Shown one piece after another: positions 11,401 through 23,800 of a DNA stretch of 64,000 nt (positions within the stretch are counted from its first letter, which is position 1; each line of letters begins with the position of its first letter). The position numbers and the translations under genes were made by a program. This stretch comes from Tubiluchus corallicola (lineage: Eukaryota > Animalia > Priapulida). Below the pieces are notes generated by a model. The model saw nothing but the letters and a program-made list of their open reading frames with translations, had not been told where the DNA came from and ran no database searches. The stretch is from positions 124,001 to 188,000 of the forward strand of contig JAQGDQ010000308.1 in NCBI GenBank assembly GCA_030141605.1, given 5' to 3'.

Positions 11401-14400
11401 ATTCTGAGACCTGGGCGTCAATTTCAGCAAAACTTGTTCAATTTACATAATTAAACACGTTCTTAAGCTACTGAGATTTCATAAAAGCAATACGTCCTTC
11501 TCCGGCCACTGAAGTGTTTTATACACAGTTGCTTTTAAAGTCATCTAAGCACCAGTCAAAGTCACCTTAAGCATTTGATACTGCACTTTAACGTCCTCTG
11601 TTTGACAAGAGATGTGCAATATAATATGCATTAATCAATGACAAAACGAAAGAAATAAATCTTGCTTCTTTCGTTGAGAGCTGGACTCCAGCCAAACAAA
11701 AGACAATGTGAATAAGCTAAACTTGTTTTAATTACAATAAAGTGAGAAGTGAGAAAACGAGGCAGAGAGGGAGACACAAGAGAGAAAAAGAGAAAGTGAG
11801 GGAGAGAGAAAGAGAGGGGGGAGAGAGAAGCAGGGAATGTGTATTAACCGGTTTAAAACAATCTAATCTTCCATATTACTTGGCGAATATTATAACGGTA
11901 ATTACTTCAATAATGACTCGTCTGACTGAGAGTATTTAATAAGAAAATCGATTTTAGTTTCCTCAGCCTCGTGCGTGTTCCGTCAAATCGATTATTCGAC
12001 AAAAAGAGGAAATTCATTTTTCACTGAGAACCTGCCATGTCGTTAGAGGATGAAATCATTCGTAATAAAACACACCGTGAAACGACCGAGAAGAAATCAA
12101 TTGACACCGATCGATAAATATCCCCTCATTTTCTTGACAATGGTGACGCTTTTAACCAAGATCTTCTCTATTGACTTCTGGCCTGAATACAATCTGGAAA
12201 CATTGACCTAGATATTATCATGGACATATTAGCGAACGATCGATTAGTTTCGAATGATCAATGAAAGGAAAGCCATGTCGAGCTAGCGAGTGAGAAGCTA
12301 CTGTGCACACAAAACTGAATGCAGTGCAGCTTCAGTGACATCTCATTAGAACATAGAAATCACAGCGATGACGCACTTTACATTTTACAAATTTACACTC
12401 GCGCTTAAATTAATACAGCTGAAATGGACCAGTTTTACCACCCTGTCAATTCTAATTTCACTCTCATATGTCTGTCCTCTCACATGGTATTATCTACGTA
12501 AGATAAACAAGAAGATGATGAACAATGGCCCAAGCTGACAGGCGATGCGAAGTAGAACCAAACTGCTTCATCTTGATGGACACTAAAATACGTACATATA
12601 TTATACTTGAGTTTTCTGGAATATTTTCAAAGGTGGCATTAGAAATGTGACAAGGATACAAAAAATTAGAAACATTTATTATATAGCAAGCAGAATGTTT
12701 AGAAATTACTGCGTAAAAACGTCACATTCGGAATATGTTACACAGCTGATAAGCTAGAAGACTTTTTTTGACCTTTTCCACTTCATATTATCTCTATTAG
12801 ATTTTTAATGTGCACATCATGAGCATATTGTGAAGTTTTCTCTGTCAAACTGGGTAAAATCTCATACGGTCTGATGATGCAATGTACATTAACGCTGTAT
12901 GGAGATGGTCTGTACTCTCTTACATGCATAACAACGCGCACTAGTTAATCAATCAAGTATATATGAACTTCGTCTTAGAGGGAACGTGTGTAAGCACAAA
13001 ACGCATTATTATGCCCGCATCACTTTAATAAGACGCATGCTGTTCCAGCATAAGTCTGTAGGTTTATATCTCAATGTAGGCTAGAGCATTGAATTGATTC
13101 TTGAAGAGACCCCAAAGGAAAGGGACCTTCTCGTTCAGTAAACTAATCCCTGGTTTGGGGATTAGTAAATAGCTTTTATAGATACGAATCTAATGCTGGC
13201 TTGCCGCCTGTTTGTACGGTTTATCACATCAAAAGGAAGCTTGAAGCACAAACTGAAACATGTATTTTAAATTATTAATTTAGTTGACAAAATTTGTCCT
13301 TGGCTGATGGGTCTTAAGGAAGTTTCGAATCATACTGGTGAAACGAATCAGGAGTAAATCTCAGTGGAGTAGAATAAGAGGTTCAAGTCGTCCAGCAACA
13401 CTGAGTTCCCCAAGTCTATTGGATCTCAGAATCACTTTTGCTTACTTCAACAAACAAGTCTTCATTCGTTCTTTTAAACTGATTTTTTTTCACATTTCCG
13501 GACAGAGTGGCTGAGAATGACTCATCTTCAGTCTATGACCAAATGATTTTGAGTTAAATACAAAAGTTTGGTTGCAGACCTCTTGCAGTTTGGTTTGCGC
13601 TGTTTTGCCTTTCACGTTGAATCAACTACACAAAGTCTTTATTACAGAATCTCTCCCCCAAGTCCCATGGTTGGCATCCTTCTGTCTCGGAAGACAATGG
13701 AGTGTGCGCCAAGAGAGTCAGTTATTGGTCACACTGATGGAGCTGCAGCATCGACTGTGGCTGAGCAGTGCAATCCTTGAACGTCTCCAGGGTGCACGCC
13801 TGGGCAAGGTGTATGGAGATCCTGAGTTGCCCAGACAACAGGAACCCCCTCTCTTCCTCCCAGGTGTAGTCCAAAGGAAAGCGGAGCGATACATTTGGCA
13901 CCAGGTTGGCTGCAGGAGCTGCCGGAGTCAGTGAGCGTGCTGCACTGGTCCGCCTTCGGGGCTCCACTCCGGATTTGGAAGGTTTACTCCTTTACACATG
14001 GCCGTTGGGTCACTTGACCTCCTCCGCCCTCTAGCCGTTGGCTGCTTGTGCAGCTCCTCCGCCTAGTGTCGAGATACAGTGTGGGCATCCCGCAAGCCTA
14101 CAGCACCTGGTATTTCTAGGCGGTCACCCATCCAAGTACTAACCAGGCTCTATGTTGCTTAACTTCGGTGATCAGACGAGAACCGGTGTTTTCAATGTGA
14201 TTTGGCCGTAGTATATCTATATCTATAAGTCCCATATCTATAAGTTAACAAGTTTAAGTGTCCACCGCCTTGCAGCTCTAATTGTAATTAAACCTTTGAC
14301 AGTGAATAGCCCAATAAAGGAGACCACGACATCAACCATTCCAATACACCCCTTTCAATACTTTAGCTAATCAAATTAAGCATTAATCTTAATGTCAAGA

Positions 14401-17400
14401 ATATTGGAACTTGCAAAAGAAAAATAGAGTGAAAAACACTGGTCCTATGTTTGAACCAGAGACCTTTTGATTACAAGTCCAATGCCTTGCTGAACACAAC
14501 ATTACATGCTCATTGTGATAATCGATGCTCTTAATTTAATCCTAATAGCTCACCAGCCACTCCAACATTTTCAAGTGTTAGTTTGTTTATTTGCTAGTAC
14601 AGTTATCAACTAATTGCAGAAGAACGTTTCAGAAGAATTCTTTTATAACTTAAATATCTGTTGATGACTAACTACTCAATTTTAAAGTAAGTTGTGAATT
14701 AAATCCAACTATTGAACTTTTGAAGCCAAACTTGACCGAAAAAAAGAAAGTCGTGACTGAGCCCAAATTTAAATCACAAATCTTTGAAGCGCCACTAGAT
14801 CACACCTACTATGAGCTATTAGAATCGAAATAAAACTGCCATTTGAATGTTTTTAGCATCCCCCAGCTAGGTTAGCAACGAAAGCCAATTTATCAGATAT
14901 CATAAAAAGCAAAACATGAATATCTCGTTAAACCAGTGCGAGTTTGTTCCCAAAGATGACAAATTAAGATTTACCTAACATATCAAAAACACGTCACAAT
15001 ATTACTCTCAGCTTACATTCATTCAAAATCTTTAGAGCAATAGGTCTATTCAATGGAAAAACATGCACATGTAAAAATGTTGAAATGCATTTAAAACCTA
15101 CAAGAAAGTGGCACTAGATCAATCCCTAGAGTAAAAGTCATAGAATTACATTTGAAGATGTGATTGTCAATAAATCTGCCTATCCAAAGTGGAATTTTTC
15201 ACACATGAATACATTTTTACTTTTTCAGATCACTGACGTGAAGGTTTTAATAAACTTCATGTCAATTTCATGTTAGTTTTTGGCTATTTTAATGGATGTG
15301 TCCTAAGAATACCAAATTTGAAAGTTAGCAAACATCACTAACAAAATCAGAAGCACTTGTATTTGACAGATCATTCAGAATCGACTTGCAAATTGATGAC
15401 AACTAACGTACAAACTTGAATAAAATCATGAGTTCAGTTTTAAAAATACAGTTTGTTCCTAAAAGTTCCAATGTAATTAGTCCTTGAGATGTAGGTAAGT
15501 AAAAAATGCAACTTAATTATTTGAAACAATATTATTTCACAGTGATACGGTAAACACATCAAACAATAATAGACACTGTTGCACAATGCCTCTATTTCAT
15601 ACTGCTGGCACAGTATGAATAGCATTTCACAATGTCATTTAGTTATACAGATCAATAAAAACTTGAAGCGATTTTTAAAAGGCATGTGGCAGGTGAAAAT
15701 TTTTATGTCTCTATACACAGTGCACTGCCAGTGTAACCCACCAGACAACTGGAAAGAATCAGTATGCCAGCTTCAATTTTCACTTACTTCTAGTTCTGCT
15801 ACTACCTCTATCAGGAAATTTGAAAAAATGATTAGAAAACTATTCCAGAGCCACTAAAATATACTTGCAAGTAAATTAAAAGGCAAAAGCACTTATTACA
15901 TGACACTGATGACAATAATAAAAGTTTTTCGGGGACTCGAGTAACTATATTATACCTCCAGAATGCAAAACAGTACCAAACAGTATCTTTGAAAATCGAC
16001 AGATATTTCAGTTCGTGTGACTTTATGGTCTGTTCGCTTTCTCTTTATTGCATTATTATTTTGCTGATAATATTAATCAACATGTATTTTCTAGGTATAA
16101 TTTGTGAGACAGGTAGAGTAACTATCAACACTAGAAAACGAGTTTTAACAGGAATTATGCACTATTATGTGATAAGTTTCATCAGAAAACATTAATTTAA
16201 GGAAGGGCACAACTATTCAGCAAAAAATATATTACAAATAATTATATTTTTTGTCAGAAATTTAAATTTCTAGCATTCATTGACTAATCGCAGTAATGTT
16301 CATCTTCACGAATTTCTTAACAGGGTTTTTCCATTCTAAAAATTATACACCAGTGTGACAGTGATATCTGCAACATTTGTTTGTGAGCTGTCATAACCAT
16401 ATGTCACGGTTATTCGCTCTGAAAGACAGCTTGTCAACCCTCTCAATCATTCAAGGTAGCAGACAATGAATAAAGCCATTAAAATCTGCATTCAAGAAAT
16501 GAAAATTAACCATATGGAATAATACAGATACGTGCACTTTATGGGGTTCTAATTTGCCAATGAACAATTGCTCTAGGATTTTTCAGTTTTAAACTTGAAA
16601 GGAGCTGAATTACTGCTGAATTCTGGCACGAAAAGCACAATCAAGCCAATCAAAACTATTAATCCCCATTCTAAAGTTTTGTCAAGTAACAAAATTGCCA
16701 GTGGTACTTGATAATGTTTAATTTATAGCCATTGTATCTTACCATGGTTATGCAGCGTTGTTGCTGAACACTCACCAGTAGCATACAAACAATTAAAAAG
16801 TGACACTGCATCACTATGCCATGAATGCGTATTTGTGAAATCTTTGGTTCCCTTGGAACACTTTGGAAACCCTTTATGTGTATGATTTTGGTTAAGGATT
16901 TTGAGGCTGTTTAATAAGTAAGACTATTTAATGTTTGACGAAAGATGTGCTTATTGTGTTAAGGGTTCCAGTTTTAAGAGTTAAATATAATAATATAACT
17001 ACTGTGACGGTGAGTCTTAGCACACACTCACACACAACATAAACAAGGCATTATGCAGTAGTGACAAGAGCTGTTTATGTCTAAATTCATTTGCAGTTGT
17101 TGCTTGATCAATTACTGCTTTGTTGTGGCTAACATGGTGGTTTAAATAAACGATAAATGGCTCAATAACAAAATACGAAACATGTCAAAATTGTTAGGCC
17201 TAATTTATGTGTTTGTACGTATTTCAAGCAATGAATCAATATTAATCATCTTTATCTACAATCCTCAGTTAACAAAAGTTGAAAGGCTTGTGTTGCAACT
17301 GAAGTTAAAAATGACTCAACATACTATTAAAAGCTACATAAACAACGATTATTATTGCCCACACGATTCTTTCAGAAACTGCCTGCTTGTTCGACCAACC

Positions 17401-18213
17401 TGCAGTACTATTTTTCAACTACACAAACACAAGAATGACAAAGTTATGTAACTGAGCCATCATTTTCTTGCATGGAAAACAAGCAGCCTACCATTGCCCA
17501 CAGATAGCGGCCCTGTAGTATACTGCAAAATGTATTCGGAATTCCTTAAACAGCAAGAATTGTTTTAGAATTTTTTTACTTTGTTTTATTTTTTAATCTG
17601 TCAGAAAATAACCATTGGATAATGTGGCTCTTTTGTAAAGATTCGACAATAAATAGAATTTTACTACTACTACAACTACTACCTTTGAACTGGACAAGTT
17701 GAAGTTGTTCAGCCTAAACTAGGCCTATACTATACTATAGTATAATATTATTCAGAAAGCGATCTACTGAATTTACGTTAACGTGTTTAGCTACATAGGG
17801 TACCCTATGATATCATAAAATATGACCAATACTCTAAATAAAATTATGTTCACTATGTGTATTCAAATATTAAAAAAAATATATTTAATTATAATATTAA
17901 AATTTAAATATTATTATAATTAAAACTTCAGCAGGTTAGCCTACACTCAACTTGGCTGTTAATGTTGGTCAAGAACACTAATGTGCAACTTTCTAAAAGC
18001 AAGTCCCAATAACCAATAAAAATTTAAAATTAATAATTCAAGCAAATATCAACAAAAATGTACACACTACACTAACCGAGTCTGGTGCTTCAACGGCCTC
18101 ACTTATTTCAATCGCATTAACTTACCTTTAACATCATCAGCTGCAAAGTCGTCTCTGAATTCAGCCTTTTCTGGCTTGCCACCAACGGTGAAATAAATCA
18201 CCTTGGTTGTCAT
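5419..18213 (-). CDS. PDE9A: PDE9-like cGMP phosphodiesterase, first two coding exons (rest of gene lies left of the window)
   Basis: Exon 18126-18213 encodes [29 protein letters not shown] with donor G|gtaag. Exon 5419-5568 (ttttcag| ... G|gtacgt) encodes [50 protein letters not shown]. Phases join (G+AT=D) across a 12.6-kb intron. The peptide resembles the PDE9A N-terminus (KAIYLDIDG...DIMDLFCIATG...VSIDPTMPANSERTPYKV). The catalytic domain is not in the window. Confidence 0.75.
9539..11380 (-). mobile_element. Cluster of decayed DNA transposon pieces, Academ-like
   Basis: Starts ATAGTCTAG (9539); segments end in (CTA)GACTA-like motifs near 9890, 11000 and 11370. There is a ~150-bp diverged direct repeat (about 9745-9900 vs 10865-11010) and many GGCCATTTTGAA/AAGATGGC motifs. 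A frameshifted minus-strand peptide [35 protein letters not shown] (about 10150-10270) resembles the LF..K...IPPT..AL..H..RA.YQAG motif of Academ transposases. Confidence 0.5.
11742..11836 (+). repeat. GA-rich polypurine low-complexity tract
   Basis: Imperfect (GA)n / AG-rich run visible directly. Confidence 0.8.
13669..14211 (-). mobile_element. 5S rRNA-derived SINE (SINE3) with bipartite RTE-derived body and tail
   Basis: 5S head 14094-14211 and GC-rich body 13784-14093. RTE ORF end [21 protein letters not shown] at 13718-13783, then a 3' hairpin tail ...TGTCTTCCGAGACAGAAGGATGCCAACC. Flanked by the 9-bp direct repeat AAGTCCCAT at 13660-13668 and 14227-14235. Confidence 0.85.
14094..14211 (-). 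pseudogene. 5S rRNA-derived sequence (118 nt, lacks first 2 nt and the oligo-T terminator); head of the SINE
   Basis: Minus strand reads CTACGGCCAAATCACATTGAAAACACCGGTTCTCGTCTGATCACCGAAGTTAAGCAACATAGAGCCTGGTTAGTACTTGGATGGGTGACCGCCTAGAAATACCAGGTGCTGTAGGCTT, the typical invertebrate 5S rRNA sequence with A box, IE and C box recognisable. It is followed by GCGGG, not TTTT. Confidence 0.93.
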
Positions 18214-19893
18214 AACTTTCACAACTTTTTTATTCCCAAACGAAAACTTCTCTCTACCTCAAGCACCATGGTATCGAATTACTCGCCATCTGTGGGCCAA
18301 TAACGCAATGAAGTGGAATTACCAAAAAGTTCTCCAGCATGCTGGCAGACTGCAGTTCCCAATCCTGTACCTCGAAATGCTATCTGCTGGAGTGCTGGGT
18401 AGAGTCACTCGAAAGTCGCATCGCGCTGAATCAGAAGGTTCACGTAACGTACAAGAGCAGTAACACTTGCGCAGACTGGCTTCGTACTTATAGTATGTCT
18501 GACAATACATGGTCACAATCATTATAGCCAAAGTTAGTCGTCTGTTTTGCCTCATAGCCTCAATGAAGCCAGCAAGAACATGCTTAAAAATTATTGCCAC
18601 TTTGGCTTGACTTGACCTGATAAAATTGCTAAGGCACTAGCTTTAACTGTTTCTATAGCGCCCTCGAAAGTCATAGGCAGCCCTAATATTACGTGCACGA
18701 GTCTTGGCGGAATAATAACATTTCATATCTTAAAAACATCTTCAGTGTGTATATGTGTGGTCCCAGAGACGCTTTTAAAACGTTTTGCGGACTTTTGTAA
18801 AATTGTCTGTGAAAAGTTTATTTACAAATTAAATTACTATTATGCACATATACTATATTTTGGGACGCATCCTATACAGCAAAATATAGAGAAACAACAC
18901 GAAGAACACTGTTATAGTGCTTACTAGTTACTACAACACAGGAGCAAATTTAGGGCACAAAATGTCGCAATAATATATATATATAATCAGCTTTTAAATC
19001 TAAATGACGGGTTATCTCCTCAAAATGTTTTTGCTTTCTCACCATGCTTCATTAGTTAAATTTAAAAAAATAGCAATTCAGAAATGCGCTGTTCAATCAA
19101 CAGAGGGCTTAACTGGGTGAAGCCGCTTCTTTTAGTCGCCTATTACCATTCTTGTCTTCACACATGGAGCAGGACCTCTCAACTTTATCAAAATCTAAAA
19201 CTGCAGTCTGTTTGTCCATTCCTGTAAAACTTTGGAGGTAATGCCAAGAGAAGAAAGAAAAGAAGCCTATAGATGTAAAATGGTGGTGCATAACCTACGA
19301 ACCTCAATACTCTTCTCATACATCTTGTCAGACGCTTCCATCGATTTGCATAAAGAGATACTTTGAGTAATTTCTGATTGCCTACCCTGACAAAAATTTC
19401 ACCAGGTTGCGCACTATTATCAACTGCTTAATTACCTTCGTTGAAAGCAAGCCTACATACTAATACTGTAAATTCTTCAAAGCCAGCATATGTAGACATT
19501 CTTAAGATCCGTTTATACATAGGGCAGTTTTATGCACTCGATTCTCCACTGTTAATTATTCTATGTTATTTCAGTTGCATCGTTTATACAAATTTGTCAA
19601 ACCATACGGAAAAGAGTTTTTCACGCTGATTATTTTCTGGGTAGTTTTTGCAACGGATTTTTTTTATAGACAACTGTACAGAACAGGCTTAATATATTTA
19701 TATAATTACATATTACACGGTCAGAAAAGACCGCGCGCAGTTCTTTTGGACTGATTGCCTCTAGCCGTTTATAGTGCTTTCTTTAAGAATATCATCCTCT
19801 AACATCTAAAACTGTTTTCAGTTCTGTCGTCCTATAATACTGTGTAATATATGTAAATTGTCTGGGGGAAATTGACTTCCTGTAGGAGGTCAT

Positions 19894-20287
19894 TAGGGGT
19901 GAGCATATTCTCTTTCAGAAAATGAATTCGAATTTTTGGCTTTCGAGTTCGAATCTAACCGCGAATTAAAATTTTGAATCCCAGTCGATTTTGAATTCAG
20001 TTATAAAGATTTACGAGTAAATTTCCGAATCATTATTGATAAAAGCAGCACGCATCGCAAAGATTGTGCATAATTAGTGCTTGATTTTGTTTTGCAATAA
20101 GAACACTAATAATTTGTTTATTGTGCAATAAATGTGTGCAGCTAAATTGTGCTGATTACATTCTATTTCAAACATTTTAACAATAAGAAAGGTGTGCAAT
20201 TGAAGTGGTGAATTGTTCGAATCCATAATTTTAGGTTCAAATCGAATGCGAATTAAAAAAACTCGTTCTAATCGATGTTTACCCTTA
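19894..20287 (+). mobile_element. MITE, TAGGGGTGAGCAT family (hAT-like), diverged copy
   Basis: Starts TAGGGGTGAGCAT and ends ATGTTTACCCTTA, with TTCGAA-rich subterminal motifs. Colinear with the copy at 55706-56094. Confidence 0.7.
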
Positions 20288-20873
20288 GTCAGCGTAGATA
20301 CATCTTCTTTGTAATACTTTGTGTATTAATGTACACTTATACCTTTTTTGGACTTGTGTCTGTTTCAATTAAGCATACGTTCTACAGGCACTGATATAAT
20401 GACATTTGGTATGGGAGGTGTGCGCCAAAAAAGATTATTTCTCAATTAGTATTGGTTACCATGTGAGCTAACCACTATACAGAGTATTTGCCAATAGCCG
20501 AATTATTCACCGTTGCCATAATGCTGTAAAATTTTGCCACTGTGCTACATGTACAATAAAGTCACATTCATGTGAACCAAAATAAAATCAAAAACAATAG
20601 CTTACTGTAATAATATCTTAAAATTCATGCTTGCTCTTTGTTTTTAATAACACTGCTAATTACTTATTCAAGAGAGTTCAGAGTTGTAATCTGAGGTTAA
20701 GCATTCTGCAATTCTGTTTGTACTTATGTTTTTTAATAACGTGTGGTCTCAAATGTATGTTACATCAGAATTTGTCAATTCACTTTATAATTGAAGTGTA
20801 CGCGCAATAAACTCGAATTGAGCTTGTCGGTGCCTTAAATTCCATTAATTCAGACCAAAAATCAACTGAAAGT

Positions 20874-23800
20874 ATGAGTGCGTCCATCAAAAAAGAAAGC
20901 ATAAGTACCGATACTACTCAAAAATCGACGGTTTTCCAATCTGAGTGCATTCAAAATAAAAGTAAGCTTAGTGATGCTGAAAGTGAGTCTGCAAGTGCTA
21001 TTAAAGCTGTAAACCAACTGCAAATATTTGTCGATGAGCATATCTCGTTTATTAGAGTAAGTTTTGTGACCTGTCTGATTGTTTCACGTCATTACACTTT
21101 TATAATCCATTATAATATTTAGAATTAGATTAACTTTTGTATTGTTATAGTGATGACGGAAATAAGTATTTTCTGTTCTATTCCATTGTTTACTTTCTCG
21201 GATCATATATTTAGATGACATTTTCCATTTTTATAACTTAAACTTTAAATACATATTGCTATAATCACCCATATAAGCCCTTGCTTCCCTCTGTGCTACA
21301 CTACTAACAATTCATCTTCCCATGTTGTAATTTTCATCATGTCTCAAGTCTATTATACATCATCAAAAATATTTTGTACTATGTACCTATGTACTTATTA
21401 GTTTTTTCTTTTTCTTTACCCCACACTAATTCGTTTTGTTTAGTTTGAGCCTATGTTTTGCTTCTTGCTTACCAATTTTGGTTAATTATGTTGTTTCTAA
21501 ATCTTTTGCTTAAATTTATGTATTTAACTTTACTCTGTTTATTTTTTGTAGCTTATTAACGATTACTACTACTGTTTTGCAGTATTATTTTTTTAATTGA
21601 TTTTGTTACCTGCAACATCACCATTTATTTTTAATTTTGTCAAATCTATCTGCATGAAAGGACAGGAGACTAGATGACCTTTTGGTCCTTCCCTGCTCTG
21701 CTTCATGATTGTAATTATCTAAAATTTAACTAACACTTACTGTAAACAATGCTGGAGAAAATAAATGTTCTCTGTTCTATGTTCAAGGCACATAAGTCAG
21801 GTAGCAGGATCTCAAAATTAAAGTCTGATCAAAATTCGGAAAACTCCTAAAATTTATTTGTAAGTAACCTTGAAGCCTCGTATCATAGTGGATTATTGTT
21901 TTAGATAAACTAACATCAATGTGACCATTTTGATAGCAGGTGAAGGGTTGAATTGCCATGCAACAAAAATTTCCAGTAAGCCTATAGTCAATATTCCGAT
22001 TCATATATTTGAGTTACTAGCACTCTCTTACACAACTGTTTATCAACAAAAATTAGTGTTAGTTTTACCTAGTTACATGTAAAATGAGTAAGTAAGACCA
22101 TAATATAGAATGCAGATAGGATGGCCAGTGGTGTCTGTTTTAGTGGATTTTTTCGAAGATGCGTTTGAATGTCTTGCTGGAGACAGAGTGTCGCATGTTT
22201 GAGCAGTCACTGTTCTGCAGTCCATGGTGCAATGTTACCAGTGTGTCACATTTCAGCAGGTGACACAGTAATTTTTGGTCTTGTTGTTGAGAGTCACTAA
22301 GTGGAAAAAATGCAGAGATGTAAAGCAAAGATGCAGATTTAGCTCATGTTAAAACGCAAGGCAATCGTGTGGTCTTACGTCACAATTTTGTTGCCTTCAC
22401 AGCGTGCAAGGTGGATTTGTAAAGCAAAATTTGGATTTAATAAACAGCAGATTTTACTAGATTAAAGTATTATACAGTTCTGTTCTAGCAGTAGTGGCCA
22501 CAATAAGCAGCTGGATTTATTACACGAATGAAGTCTCAGTGAGACAAATTGAATGATACAAGTTACGCTGAAATTGGTTCATCCCTGACTTCAGGTAGGG
22601 ACAAAATAGCGGTCGAGGAGACAAATGCCTTACAGTGTCGACCGAAACAAATTTGTAGTTTGGGTCACGGGTGAAAAAGTTACAAGTTACAATTTCATTG
22701 TCAAGTGCAATTCCTAGAAGCAACGTGAATTCAATAAAATCAAAATTATAACATTCAAACAAATGGCTGATATCTTTTCAAGGCCTAATTTTGTAACTAC
22801 TGTTTGCAAAAATTCAGTTTGTCACCACGTCTGAAACATTGTCAACTAGTATAAACTTAAATGTTGTATATATATTATGTAAATTTTTATGTATATAGAC
22901 TTATTAGTGTTGCTCAAAAAAGACATATTGTTATATTAGTCATTCTCGATAGGATTAGTGCAATCTTTGGTGATCTAACATTACTGCTGATAGTAATTAA
23001 AGAACCTTTCTTTCAAAGACAAAGTTTAGAAAGCGTCACTAGCATTTGTAATACTAAGTAGTGCATTGTCACAATATTTGTTTAATATAATTATGTGTAC
23101 TTAATACACTTTTTAATATTCTTCTATACTGTTTTAAATGAATTCCTTTATGCTTTTGTAATTTCGAAATAAATAGTAATAATAGTATACTTTAATGCCC
23201 AATTTTATCAATGTATATGTTGATAAATTGTCTGTAAAACTAAGTTTTGCAAAACCAGCAAACTCTATTGAGTGCTCACCATAATGGATTTTCATAGTTT
23301 GCTTCTTTACTTTATTGTCTATTCTATCTCGTTTGGCCATTTTGTTTCTTTGCATGCGTAATGAGGAAACAAACAAAAAATCTCTATTATTTGTCTCTAT
23401 TATTTCATTTTTGCACACATTACCATTGCATGCAAATATGAATTTGTTAAGCTGGCTGCTTAAGAGTAAAATTAGTTAAAGCGCTTCTATTCTACTGTCG
23501 AGTAGTTCTACTATCTGTATTTTTCATTGTTTCATATCAGAGTTATTTATATATCATTTCAGGTATCACTATGTGGGCTGGCATTATTTGGTGGTGCTAT
23601 TGTAGTACGAAGTTTACACCTGGTATGACAGTTATTATTTGCTTATTGGCAAGGGTAGTGGAATTAAATTACAGCATGTACACATTACCTGTAAGATAGA
23701 TAAAGTGTTAGCGTTTTGATGATATAACAATGTTAAATATGGTAACTATACCATGTGCAAAACTTGTGTCCGCTAACACTCGTTTAGTCATCTAAACGCT

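Noticed and set aside
13568-13967. Three overlapping ORFs (70-120 aa)
   Set aside because: By-products of the GC-rich SINE body; no recognisable domain or splice context.
14094-14211. Functional 5S rRNA gene
   Set aside because: Lacks the first two bases and the oligo-T terminator, is solitary, and lies inside a TSD-flanked composite element.
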